Shown in pieces: positions 39,701 through 47,110 of a stretch of DNA of 47,423 bases. The stretch is from positions 1 to 47,423 of IMG/VR virus record IMGVR_UViG_3300027749_000176, one strand, 5' to 3'. Within the stretch, counting starts at the first letter, position 1, and every line of letters begins with the position of its first letter. Source of the DNA: a virus. Lineage: Duplodnaviria; Caudoviricetes. The translations under genes were made by a program, and so were the position numbers. The notes under the pieces were generated by a model that had not been told where the DNA came from, made no database searches, and worked only from the letters and a program-made list of their open reading frames with translations.

Positions 39701-41706
39701 CTGGAGATGAAAAAGCCATTTTCTTGTCCACCGACAAAAATGAAGCAAAAGCATTTGCTACAGGAAAAGGCGGAAAAGTAATGGGGCCATTGTATGTAAA
39801 AGCAACTGGGCCTGATAAATTGTACCACGCGACTGAAGAGCGTGAAGCGATTCAAAAAGCACGAAAAAAGGGATATACTGGAATAAAAGTCACCGATCAG
39901 TTGCCGTATTCAACATATACAATGAAACCACAAAGACAGATTGTTAATTACGCTGTTTTTGATCCCAACCAAATCAAATCCTCCGACCCTGCGACCTACG
40001 ACAAAGACGGCAACCTAATCCCTCTCTCGCAACGCTTTAATCCAACAAGCAGCGACATCAGGTTCATGCCGTCCAGCGAACTTCCAAAGACCGAGGACGG
40101 CGCAGTAGACTGGGAGTCGTTCAAGGTTAAGGCGCAGGAGATTTCCGCACCGCTAGCGAACCTCGCTCCGCTGGGTGGCATTAGCTTCATGCCTGCGAAA
40201 AATCCAGCCGCAACGCAGACAGGATATGATGATACATATCTAAAGAAAGCATTAAAGGCTGGTAAAGATGGTAAAGTTGCTCTTACTCGACCAGTTCGTC
40301 CTGATGAGGCTTTGCCACTTCTTTCCCAACGCATTCCAATCACAGGTGACAATGAATGGTCATCATTCGCTTTTGACAAGGCTGGCAATGTCACTCTTTA
40401 CAACCATGATGGAAATTCTGTGACATTCAAATACGATCCAGCTTTGTTAGCAAAACCTGTATTCAAGGATGCCGCCATAGAACACGCTGGAAAGGCTGTG
40501 CAATTAGCTATGGCTGATAGACACACCGCAACTGGTGGAGATATGGGAGGAATTCTGCACCCTTGGTTGTTGTCAAATATTAATTCCACAATCACTGGAA
40601 GCGATGGAAAAGAATATCGCGTAGTATGGGCAAACAATGAATGGAAGCCTGTTCTTTCAATGAAGAACAAAGCCAAGAAATGGGGTGCGTATGACCTCAT
40701 GACTTATCTTATGGGAAAAGACTCCCATGCGTCTAATTCTCGCTCTGTACGAACTATTTCAAACGAGATTGAGAATGCTCCGATAACTAGGCAACAAAAG
40801 GATCTTTTCCTTGTTCTAGCGAACATTGGAATAACAAAGCAAAAAGCGGCTGATCAGGTAAAAAACATTGCAAAAGCAAACAAGAAAATTGCCAAGCATG
40901 AAAAGATCCTGAAAACAGAAACAGATGAAAAGAAAGTTAACGCTTCCACAAATGCAATTGCCGCAGCTAACCGCCAATTAGAAACAGCACAATCCAAGTT
41001 ATCAAATCACATATTAAATGATGATCAAATGGCATTGGGTGCTTTGCTAACAAAGTACAAAACAGCATACACTGCATACAAAAATGGAAGCAGAAGTGAA
41101 GAAAGTTTCTTAAAAAATAAACAAGAATTAGAAAATTACAAAAAATCACAAGAATTTAAGAATCTTGTAAAAGACGTTCATGGCAAGCAACTAGTAAACC
41201 TTGATAAAACTTTCAAAGGAAGAAAGTCAGCCATAAAAGAAATGATGAATGTCAATTTAGATGGGTTTGATGTGAATCAAATCCTGCATGAGACATCTGA
41301 TTTTGAAAATGGAAGAATCAATCATTTTGTGGGTAGCGTAGAGCTTTCAAGAAATCCTGACCTTATGGCGGTATATCTTGGAAACGATCCAAAACAAGCA
41401 AAACGCATGACCGCGCAGGAAGCGGCGGCGGCGGCAAAATTAAAGGCTGATCCAAACTTTGTTCCTCACGAAGCATACACATGGGCAATGCTTGGGCCAG
41501 TCGATGGGAATCACTTCCTAAATAGTGAACCAGCAACCCATCTTGAATACTTCCCTGAATTCAGAGAGCAATATGCCGCACTAAAAAAAGATGCTAAAAA
41601 GAGAAAAGCAATTTTGAATGGTAGTGAAACCACAATGATGGGAGCTATGCGTGATACGCTTGATATGCCGCTTGTAATGAAGAGCCTTTCTGATATAAAA
41701 AAATAA
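33712..41706 (+). CDS. Giant polyvalent internal virion protein (zincin HExxH, EELQSD module, ART-like domain)
   Basis: 2664 aa; THEFGH 36022-36039; FYSGL..LFIEELQSD..PDAPF..GMKGFYD module; PLWHGT..IFLS..YAVFDPNQIKS ADP-ribosyltransferase-like module. Confidence 0.75.
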   Translation: MGENDVENDIKKAMAGTTPASVPVPTSAPEDSVEADIQKAMKPSAGQVEKATNPYADIAKKKPEEIDEVDRDILSTAKTPEQITQIPKHLPLTNEQLRTKFEHERSLPWNEGMKTPEDWYNIGKDIVGSGVSFGKGAKKFAENLLFSGADEDPSGWGTPSVQPVKDFASSFFKMPEDILYAGGKIHEGGMDWTDRLSEKFGLHDKEKSFENYKARHAIDQIHAQTQVENPSIYSRIMKGDVANSALSAVILNSLPDSQTIMEQDGVTLEQANLKRKAMADQIAQQTTSEISSQEKPSDEDISTFGTFAMPSGLGLGEMGALTIGLETAGALTPKIAQGLKYLGKTDDEIKAMNDAAQALQKQKFAEKIEKAQQPSMIGRSAGAMAEGVEKLKTMAQNSPDLLKKIAPYAIGGVVGYETQPQHPYLGALGGAFIGEKTIPKFSKLGSKALQIPALVRDIDEARAISAGGTRGAFETLGSFPDVSEQTAKILRFGGKRLDNIINNSVDYAKSGIHPTLIALATGALDSASPEERSNLVSQGLLYGLGGRALHQAWGKIAGVDPVVEQRERRQQAVDDFKTYKSLDPETQQTMNGLTSWDNEILRQQNALTEAQNAYTESVRTGSPDAEKLGKAVSSQEKIVSAVKRANVQTRNEYGRQFLTQLTKLNELTNGTLRAGQNNVGVHILTPDQIFTKFRQDPANNGMSDAEVMETANQQGFYSTPEGAVEYQAGMPMGGEKKTLIFDRTKPSIVINSNHLKARQQIFGETPIEALTHEFGHHIRNIPEFREANKDAEDLLFSQEIKDLNGNVTATTSGKYSTKDLVDMYTNNYMKGKSPDQIEQLSKLAGLWDETRGALNEQAVGDYMKDEIVAQLNAGTLSNHLGKDLDSATLHLVDLATIKTKKNLLDRAVQKFFGLGGKGSPVDPLTGAEFSPEVLAANRQAIRALQALQGEVSPAVKAPDAPKISRALMIKNRAIMEKYGKYSGLFKTKTQGQIYDAAGNPVGAPVDIANPAAAEGAWATDRQLSGYGQKPDEVQGMAIPTGGKLVVSKAFVTEADGVTPAMYTPAEAKKLQKARKDTILQALDTPDYGTPNRFQPVADNSETLRGTFTPLQIQAIKDLPEGIIPKSIKDHILKINDAIVRGDGSRLLVDYAAVMNDAGKYTAYSPKVYDVVPIGMHLSKDGNFLVTTISVGRMFEKLNAWSQRMPARLSPWGGDKNAFFKEFTEKYLQNWQNGLAGETGLAGTPAEALAKKNIFNDFLNLTTNDFRGLNEDRTRTPRKRGDARGKDMDRTILSMRLDHMAELMDNEHAPKVPVDYGKAIRNFMPAETEQEKYPTTEKGFYSGLQKAVDEKMPSKASPQQVLQIVNNPQNAKAEEVKWSNIAGFLEGKKSVTKQEVLDYLKNEGAVKFEEVTQGDWGKAREKIYQAHDRGEISTEERNRQIDEVEKQIPRPTKFSQYTLPNGENYKEVVLTMPEADKNIDSIDIEIAKKKEYIQYLENGGDPVDVLSDIFNTQEKSQQEELKEARADLLRLESQRKQQPNLGYTSSHFSDIPNYVAHMRLNERPDSEGRNGLFIEELQSDRHQQGREKGYKDENQSSKLPEGFTFEKIQTSVFDSGEGWVAKDQNGRTVGTVSQTREGAEAQALRNINQDKQGIPDAPFRKDWSVQMFKRALRDAIASGKEWIGWTSGETQAERYDLSKQVRFIAYNKVGDKIGIIAKDHNFQTIIAKSYNPSELPDVIGKEVAQKIINGEGTEKKTELSNGDVINMKHLSGVDLKIGGEGMKGFYDQILPKEIGKYVKKWGAKVEEGDVKTDPKEYDTTPIWKVAITPEMRESIKRGGQIQFLPSRDGEEERITAATYTNPRTGKVTEGATHLIANPNAPQEATDRESPAYGFKTSSGGIVDRATAYQIAKDSGQLKAPTTEEEKFHADRGILHSGMYEPKGDISFPPSDDAHRAAVESGDTEEAQRLVDEVAKKAGYTIGPLWHGTSGDFYEFRPSGDEKAIFLSTDKNEAKAFATGKGGKVMGPLYVKATGPDKLYHATEEREAIQKARKKGYTGIKVTDQLPYSTYTMKPQRQIVNYAVFDPNQIKSSDPATYDKDGNLIPLSQRFNPTSSDIRFMPSSELPKTEDGAVDWESFKVKAQEISAPLANLAPLGGISFMPAKNPAATQTGYDDTYLKKALKAGKDGKVALTRPVRPDEALPLLSQRIPITGDNEWSSFAFDKAGNVTLYNHDGNSVTFKYDPALLAKPVFKDAAIEHAGKAVQLAMADRHTATGGDMGGILHPWLLSNINSTITGSDGKEYRVVWANNEWKPVLSMKNKAKKWGAYDLMTYLMGKDSHASNSRSVRTISNEIENAPITRQQKDLFLVLANIGITKQKAADQVKNIAKANKKIAKHEKILKTETDEKKVNASTNAIAAANRQLETAQSKLSNHILNDDQMALGALLTKYKTAYTAYKNGSRSEESFLKNKQELENYKKSQEFKNLVKDVHGKQLVNLDKTFKGRKSAIKEMMNVNLDGFDVNQILHETSDFENGRINHFVGSVELSRNPDLMAVYLGNDPKQAKRMTAQEAAAAAKLKADPNFVPHEAYTWAMLGPVDGNHFLNSEPATHLEYFPEFREQYAALKKDAKKRKAILNGSETTMMGAMRDTLDMPLVMKSLSDIKK

Positions 41707-41713
41707 CACCAAA

Positions 41714-41917
41714 ATGAAGACAACTGATTATATTCAATACATAGAAGAGGCTGATCTCCCTGCCAACGAAATGGAGAAATTGGGATGCACAATCTATCCC
41801 TGCAATGATGGATCTTATTATTGTGTCGATGCAGATGCACCAGATGAGGCACATCAATTAGCAAATGGAGCTAGTCAAAATGACGATGCTTCAATTGAAG
41901 AAATTAACCAAACCTAA
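41714..41917 (+). CDS. Small acidic hypothetical protein
   Basis: 67 aa with A-rich leader. Confidence 0.6.
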   Translation: MKTTDYIQYIEEADLPANEMEKLGCTIYPCNDGSYYCVDADAPDEAHQLANGASQNDDASIEEINQT

Positions 41918-41919
41918 CC

Positions 41920-42057
41920 ATGCCACTACGCCTTTGCTCCTCCCAGAATTGTTTTAACCGAAATGTCTCCGCCGAGGTGAAGGCTGGTAAACCTGTCAAA
42001 CAGGCCGTAGCCATCGCTTATTCGCAACAACGCAAGGCCAAATCGAAGGGCAAATAA
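41920..42057 (+). CDS. Small basic phage protein of the QAVAIAY type (45 aa; not in ORF track)
   Basis: MPLRLCSSQNCFNRNVSAEVKAGKPVKQAVAIAYSQQRKAKSKGK; fills the intergenic gap exactly. Confidence 0.75.
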   Translation: MPLRLCSSQNCFNRNVSAEVKAGKPVKQAVAIAYSQQRKAKSKGK

Positions 42058-42060
42058 TTT

Positions 42061-43368
42061 ATGGCAACTGACATTTCCCAGATTAAAGACCCCAGCGATG
42101 TGGTCGCCTTAGTAGTAGACAACGGACTTTTCGTAGAGATCGCCATCAAACTGGCGAAGACATATAAGCGAGTGCTGTACTATGTCCCTTGGGAGAGCGC
42201 GTTTGCCAAGATGAACCTTGGCATGATCGGCACTGGGCTTGAGGGCATTGAGGTTGTGGACAGCATCTATGGGCCTCACTTCGACGAGGTTGACCTGTTC
42301 GTGTTCCCTGACATTTACTTCGGATACGAGCAGGAGATGCTTGAGAAGATGGGCAAAGCCGTATGGGGGTCTCGCACAGGCGAGTGTCTGGAACTCAAGC
42401 GTGAGGGCATGAAGCAGATCCTGACCGCTCTTGATATGCCAGTGGGCAAGTACACGCACATCAAGGGAATTGCCAACCTGCGCGCCTTCTTGAAAGAAAA
42501 CGAGGATGTCTACGTCAAGATCGACAAGTTCAGAGGCACATTTGAAACCTTTCATGCTCCAAACTACAAGGAAGTTGAGCCGAAACTGGACGAGGTTGAG
42601 TACAACATCGGCGCGTTCAAGCACACGATTGAATTCACCTGCGAGGAGGCGTTAAATGATTGCGTTGAGGTAGGAACAGATTGTTGGGTGATTACTGATG
42701 ACAATGGACAGGCCCACTATCCACAACACACAATCAGCGGGATTGAAATCAAGGATGTTGGATTTGCGTCGATTTTCAAGAAGTACGCTGACATCCCAGA
42801 GGTTGTTACACGATTTAACGAGCGCATGAAACCAGTTTTCGCAGCCTACAACTGGCGCGGATTCATGTCCACCGAAGTGCGTATTGGAAAAGACATGAAA
42901 CCATATATGCTTGACCTTTGTGGTCGCGCTCCATCGCCTCCAAACGAGTTGTACCAAGAACAATATTCGAACTTAGCTGATTGTATTTGGGCTGGTGCAA
43001 ATGGAATTGTGATTGAACCAGAAGCAACGGCTAAATACGGAGCCGAGATCATGCTCCACTCCTCATGGGCTGACAAGGGATGGCAACCTGTAAGTTTTCC
43101 TGATGAGTTGCGTGATCGCGTCAAGCTCCGTAACGCCACGATGATCGACGGCGTATACTACGCCATTCCGCAAGCCTGTGGCCTACCAGAGGTAGGCGCG
43201 GTGATCGGACTTGGTGAGACACTCAAAGAGGCTCTAGATGACGCTGTAGCCAACGCAGAGCAGGTTACAGGATACTATCTGGAAGCCAAGATGTCTGCCA
43301 TCGACTCCATCAAAGAAGAGTGCGAAAAACTTGAAGAACTTGGAGTTAATATGTTTGATACCAAGTAA
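42061..43368 (+). CDS. ATP-grasp ligase, PurD/GARS-like architecture
   Basis: 435 aa; VDLFVFPD, VWGS..LELKREGMKQIL..MP, VYVKID, EE..EVG, WRGFMSTE..PYMLDLCGR, C-terminal VIGLGETLKEA. Confidence 0.7.
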   Translation: MATDISQIKDPSDVVALVVDNGLFVEIAIKLAKTYKRVLYYVPWESAFAKMNLGMIGTGLEGIEVVDSIYGPHFDEVDLFVFPDIYFGYEQEMLEKMGKAVWGSRTGECLELKREGMKQILTALDMPVGKYTHIKGIANLRAFLKENEDVYVKIDKFRGTFETFHAPNYKEVEPKLDEVEYNIGAFKHTIEFTCEEALNDCVEVGTDCWVITDDNGQAHYPQHTISGIEIKDVGFASIFKKYADIPEVVTRFNERMKPVFAAYNWRGFMSTEVRIGKDMKPYMLDLCGRAPSPPNELYQEQYSNLADCIWAGANGIVIEPEATAKYGAEIMLHSSWADKGWQPVSFPDELRDRVKLRNATMIDGVYYAIPQACGLPEVGAVIGLGETLKEALDDAVANAEQVTGYYLEAKMSAIDSIKEECEKLEELGVNMFDTK

Positions 43369-43979
43369 TGCGCACAAATGAAATTGATTACATTCCTTCA
43401 AAAGGCATAACTAGAGGAGCAATGCGAGAAGAACCCATGAAAAATGGGTTTATTCGTAAACACCTTAATGGAGATGTCAGAAAATCTGATGGCATGGTTT
43501 TTTATGCATATCGATTTAGAAATGGAAAATATCAAGAAAATTGGAGAAGTGCAGAATCTTTTCAAAAAAGCCTAAAGCATGATGTTGAGGCAGGGCGCAT
43601 TTATAGAAAAATGAATCCTGAAAAAATAAAAAAATGCAATAGGAGGTGGGTAGAAAAAAACAGATTGAAATATAACGCTATTTCAAAAAAGTGGATTAAA
43701 AACAATCCTGACAAAGCGGTTGAGTTTGCAGGTCGCCGCCGAGCAAGAGAAATGAACGCTTGCGTAATGTTGCATCGTGATCAACAAAAAATTATTGATT
43801 CAATCTATGATTATAGTCAACGGCTTGCAAAATGCATGGGTATCAAACACCATGTAGACCACATCATTCCTATATCTCGCGGCGGAATTCATGTGCATAC
43901 GAATTTGCAAGTAATACCTGCTTCATTAAATTGCAGAAAACGCAATAAACTTCCCCATGAAATCGCCCAAGCCACTTAA
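43368..43979 (+). CDS. HNH endonuclease (probably homing type)
   Basis: HHVDHIIPISRGGIHVHTNLQVIPASLNCRKRNK; basic N-terminal region; AT-rich relative to the upstream gene. Confidence 0.88.
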   Translation: MRTNEIDYIPSKGITRGAMREEPMKNGFIRKHLNGDVRKSDGMVFYAYRFRNGKYQENWRSAESFQKSLKHDVEAGRIYRKMNPEKIKKCNRRWVEKNRLKYNAISKKWIKNNPDKAVEFAGRRRAREMNACVMLHRDQQKIIDSIYDYSQRLAKCMGIKHHVDHIIPISRGGIHVHTNLQVIPASLNCRKRNKLPHEIAQAT

Positions 43980-44028
43980 CCCTCCTGATCCGCCTCGCCG
44001 CGAAGAGGACATGCCTCCGTACAAATGA
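43957..44028 (+). CDS. Possible 23-aa Pro-rich peptide
   Basis: MKSPKPLNPPDPPRREEDMPPYK; its stop overlaps the next start (ATGA 44025-44028). Confidence 0.35.
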   Translation: MKSPKPLNPPDPPRREEDMPPYK

Positions 44029-44720
44029 GAATTGACATCAAAGCGGTTGATCCATCCGTAGTAAGATATTCTACAGCAGGCGACTGGTGGTGGAATGGCG
44101 ATGGCTCCCTGCAAATCTCAGTACCTGAATATGGAAGCCGCAACAGCAGTTTCCTAGTCGCCCTGCATGAGATGGTCGAGGCATGGCTTTGCCGCGCCGC
44201 TCACATCACCGAGGAGGAGGTTCTCAAGTGGGATCTTGACCACCCCGACAGCGATGAGCCTGCGGAGGAGAAAGGCTCGCCGTACATTCATCAACACAAT
44301 ACCGCGCTTAAGGTTGAGAAGATTGTAGCGAAGGCACTGGGCGTCGATTTTGGAAAGCATGACCACTGGGTGGTGAACGCCGCCGCTGAAGTCGATAGGC
44401 ATCTTGACAGCGGAGTACCTGTGGCTCGCATCACCAAGGAGGGGTCTCGCTACTGGACTGAGTTACACCTATTCGCACTTCGCGTGAGCGGCGAGAACCT
44501 GTGCCATGATTATTGGTTCACCGAGTGGATGAAGTCTTTACCATTTGAGGGATGCCCATGCGAGCAGCACCTGAAAGATTTTGTGCGGAAGAATCCTCCT
44601 GATTGGAACGACTTTTTCAAATGGTCTGTGGATCTCCATAACGCCGTAAACGCACGAATTGGAAGGTTGACGATTAATGTTGAGATGGCGAAAAAGATGT
44701 GGGTGGATCGTCAATTCTGA
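44025..44720 (+). CDS. Fusion: HExxE metal-binding domain plus Erv1/ALR sulfhydryl-oxidase-like domain
   Basis: VALHEMVE..H..HQH in the N-terminal part; YWTELH..LPFEGCPCEQH..WSVDLHNAVNARIGR..W in the C-terminal part. Confidence 0.7.
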   Translation: MRIDIKAVDPSVVRYSTAGDWWWNGDGSLQISVPEYGSRNSSFLVALHEMVEAWLCRAAHITEEEVLKWDLDHPDSDEPAEEKGSPYIHQHNTALKVEKIVAKALGVDFGKHDHWVVNAAAEVDRHLDSGVPVARITKEGSRYWTELHLFALRVSGENLCHDYWFTEWMKSLPFEGCPCEQHLKDFVRKNPPDWNDFFKWSVDLHNAVNARIGRLTINVEMAKKMWVDRQF

Positions 44721-44768
44721 CGGCGTGACTGGCTACAGAGCCAGTGTTCATGAGGCTCAAAATAATTG

Positions 44769-44797
44769 TTGACGAATCATCGGTTGGGTTATAGGAT
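44769..44797 (+). promoter_or_regulatory. Sigma70-like promoter for the small-gene region
   Basis: TTGACG 44769-44774, 17 bp, TAGGAT 44792-44797, with AT-rich sequence upstream. Confidence 0.65.
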
Positions 44798-44835
44798 GGT
44801 TGTGTAGTAAGAAATCCAACACACACCAAACACAC

Positions 44836-45078
44836 ATGAGCTACCCAACACACCCCTACGAAGTAGAAATCCACGATCAAGACGGCTATGCAGATTTAAT
44901 TCAATCGTACCGCACAGAAGCGCAGGCGATTGAGTCCATGCCATACCACATTGCCAAGGCGCAGGCAGAGGCTGTAGACCATCCAGAGGATTACGCTGGA
45001 TGCTTCTTCAAGCTGGTCAAGCATGAGGTGGACGGCATGAGCGAATGGCGTGAACCCATTGAAAGTTTTCAAATTTGA
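44836..45078 (+). CDS. Hypothetical protein
   Basis: ATG 44836 after an AC-rich leader. Confidence 0.65.
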   Translation: MSYPTHPYEVEIHDQDGYADLIQSYRTEAQAIESMPYHIAKAQAEAVDHPEDYAGCFFKLVKHEVDGMSEWREPIESFQI

Positions 45079-45494
45079 TTACCGCCATGTACACATTTAT
45101 ATCCACTAAAAAACAACTTGATATGTTCAGGAAGCGGAATGAGAAAAAGCGGCAAGCAAGGATTGCAAAAGCCGAAGCAATGGAAACTGGATACCGAGAG
45201 CGTATCTTTGCAAAGCTAGATTGCCCTCCACCACCACAACCCAAACCGATCAAGATCACCTTATACGCTGACGCTCTTCTGCGGAGGCATGAACCATTAC
45301 CAGCACAGGTTAAGCCTCGTCAGCAGGACTACAGCGACCACCAGTTCGAGCCGACCTACATAGGGCACCTCTGGGAGCCTGCTGGAGAGCGCAGATTTGA
45401 GGATTTTGAGAGATCCTACAACGGAGTGCAGCGCAAACTTGAAACGGGCAACCTGACGCACGACCTGACAACCTTGATTAGGACGCGAGGGTAA
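45075..45494 (+). CDS. Hypothetical protein
   Basis: 139-aa ORF overlapping the upstream stop; start may be ATG 45087. Confidence 0.6.
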   Translation: MITAMYTFISTKKQLDMFRKRNEKKRQARIAKAEAMETGYRERIFAKLDCPPPPQPKPIKITLYADALLRRHEPLPAQVKPRQQDYSDHQFEPTYIGHLWEPAGERRFEDFERSYNGVQRKLETGNLTHDLTTLIRTRG

Positions 45495-45508
45495 GGTATC
45501 ATGACGCC

Positions 45509-45730
45509 ATGCTGATAATGCTTGATTGTGACACAGAGCCACCTCCCTCAGTCCCTCCGATTGAGAGCATGGATCAGTTTTATAATTTTGTGGTCAAGGA
45601 CATCGCACGCCTACAATTCTACAAGGTCTCAAACGCTAGATACATGGAGGGGAGATTTTACGCAGAACTCAACGCCACTGAGGCAGGGTGGATTTGGAAC
45701 CTGTGCGAGATTCAGGAGGCCATGCCATGA
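45509..45730 (+). CDS. Hypothetical protein
   Basis: ATGA overlap with the downstream gene. Confidence 0.55.
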   Translation: MLIMLDCDTEPPPSVPPIESMDQFYNFVVKDIARLQFYKVSNARYMEGRFYAELNATEAGWIWNLCEIQEAMP

Positions 45731-46008
45731 GCTTTAAGAGGGTCTGTAGCGCGTTGATCAACGGAAAGCGATGGCAGATAGGGTTTGGCGTTGCTGGCGT
45801 CGATAACGACGGCCTGTGCAATTACGACAAAAAAAAGATAATTGTGAAGGCGGCGCACAATGGTCGCACTAGAACGCTTGAGGAGGTGACCATCCATGAG
45901 ATTGCCCACGCAGTAATGCCACAGATCGATGAGCCAACAATTTTGCATCTTGCGGAGGTGTGTGCCGTGGTGCTTGAGAAGATGAAATCCGCAGAAGGCA
46001 GTAAATAA
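45727..46008 (+). CDS. Small zincin-like (HExxH) protein
   Basis: DGLCNYDKKKIIV..EVTIHEIAHA..DE. Confidence 0.7.
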   Translation: MSFKRVCSALINGKRWQIGFGVAGVDNDGLCNYDKKKIIVKAAHNGRTRTLEEVTIHEIAHAVMPQIDEPTILHLAEVCAVVLEKMKSAEGSK

Positions 46009-46056
46009 GCGGCTCCAGAGGCCATAAAATTATTTTCACTTTTTTTAATTTTGCTA

Positions 46057-46084
46057 TTGCAAAACCCAAGCGATAGTCCATAAT
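46057..46084 (+). promoter_or_regulatory. Promoter-like element, possibly giving a leaderless mRNA
   Basis: TTGCAA 46057-46062, 16 bp, CATAAT 46079-46084, ATG at 46091; T-rich tract upstream. Confidence 0.5.
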
Positions 46085-46090
46085 GATCCT

Positions 46091-46318
46091 ATGAATCGAA
46101 TCCAAATATACCCAGCAGGCGGAAATATCACCGAGCATCCATTCTATCGCAACCGCTCAGAATGGGCGTTCCTTACGCACGCCATGATCGACGGAAAATA
46201 CGGATGCAAAATCTCTGGAAACTACCTCTGTCACGACACCTCTCTGGAAGATCAGAACGGACTGCCAACCTGCGTCACCTGCGCCAAGAAAGTTATCAAA
46301 TCCAGAAAAATTTCCTAA
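46091..46318 (+). CDS. Small Zn-finger-like hypothetical protein
   Basis: H..C..C..PTCVTC. Confidence 0.65.
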   Translation: MNRIQIYPAGGNITEHPFYRNRSEWAFLTHAMIDGKYGCKISGNYLCHDTSLEDQNGLPTCVTCAKKVIKSRKIS

Positions 46319-46349
46319 CCAACAACCAACACACACAACCCACACACAC

Positions 46350-46520
46350 ATGACATTCGAAACCTACATCACGATTGCCAGCACCCTCCGCGCTTCAATC
46401 CAAACATATTGGAAGAGGCGTAATACTGGAACTTTAGCCCATAACGCATGGGTGCGCATACAAATCAAAGACGCAGTAGAAGCATTGCGTTTCGTTCGCA
46501 ACTCACCAGTCACCTACTAA
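46350..46520 (+). CDS. Hypothetical protein (56 aa; not in ORF track)
   Basis: MTFETYITIA..NSPVTY after a long AC-rich leader. Confidence 0.6.
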   Translation: MTFETYITIASTLRASIQTYWKRRNTGTLAHNAWVRIQIKDAVEALRFVRNSPVTY

Positions 46521-46542
46521 CCCACATCCAACACACACACCC

Positions 46543-46749
46543 ATGACATACACCGAACACGAACAATTCGCCGCCGTTGAGCAAACTTGCGACGAGATCC
46601 GCAAAGAAAATGCCGACCTGCGCCTGTATATTTCTGAACTGCGCCAGCACATTGATGAGTTGAAGCATGGACTTGGTTACCTTTACAAGCTCAACTCCTT
46701 TGGAAAGACCAAAGAGTTGGCAGATACCATTGAGGAGCTACGCAAATGA
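46543..46749 (+). CDS. Hypothetical coiled-coil protein
   Basis: AC-rich leader; ATGA overlap with the next gene. Confidence 0.65.
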   Translation: MTYTEHEQFAAVEQTCDEIRKENADLRLYISELRQHIDELKHGLGYLYKLNSFGKTKELADTIEELRK

Positions 46750-46937
46750 GTTTGTCACCACTAGATCGCCAGTATCTCTCGGAGGCTAATGAAGCTAGAG
46801 ATCAGGATATGTACAAGCACACTCCGTTCAAATGGAGTGGACTATCACCTCGCGGACAGGCAGTTCAAGACCTGCTAGATGACGGCTGGGAGGCACATGA
46901 CTTCATTGAGCCTGCACCTGAAGAGGAGGATCAATGA
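46746..46937 (+). CDS. Hypothetical protein
   Basis: ATGA overlaps at both ends. Confidence 0.65.
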   Translation: MSLSPLDRQYLSEANEARDQDMYKHTPFKWSGLSPRGQAVQDLLDDGWEAHDFIEPAPEEEDQ

Positions 46938-47110
46938 ACACCCCAAGGTTCTCACTCACCGAAGATCAGTGGGATCTGCTTATGGTCACACTATTAACAG
47001 ATGCCGAAGATTCCGCTAAGTCAGGATACAAGGGCGACAGGGAAGTCGCTCGTCGCCTGACAACCATCATCCACAAATTCATCCAGTACAGAAAACTCAC
47101 CAACCAATGA
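46934..47110 (+). CDS. Hypothetical protein (58 aa; not in ORF track)
   Basis: MNTPRFSLTE..RKLTNQ; ATGA overlaps at both ends. Confidence 0.6.
   Translation: MNTPRFSLTEDQWDLLMVTLLTDAEDSAKSGYKGDREVARRLTTIIHKFIQYRKLTNQ

Noticed and set aside
42061-43368. Calling the ATP-grasp gene purD
   Set aside because: Canonical PurD signature motifs are not visible; only the fold-level resemblance is supported.
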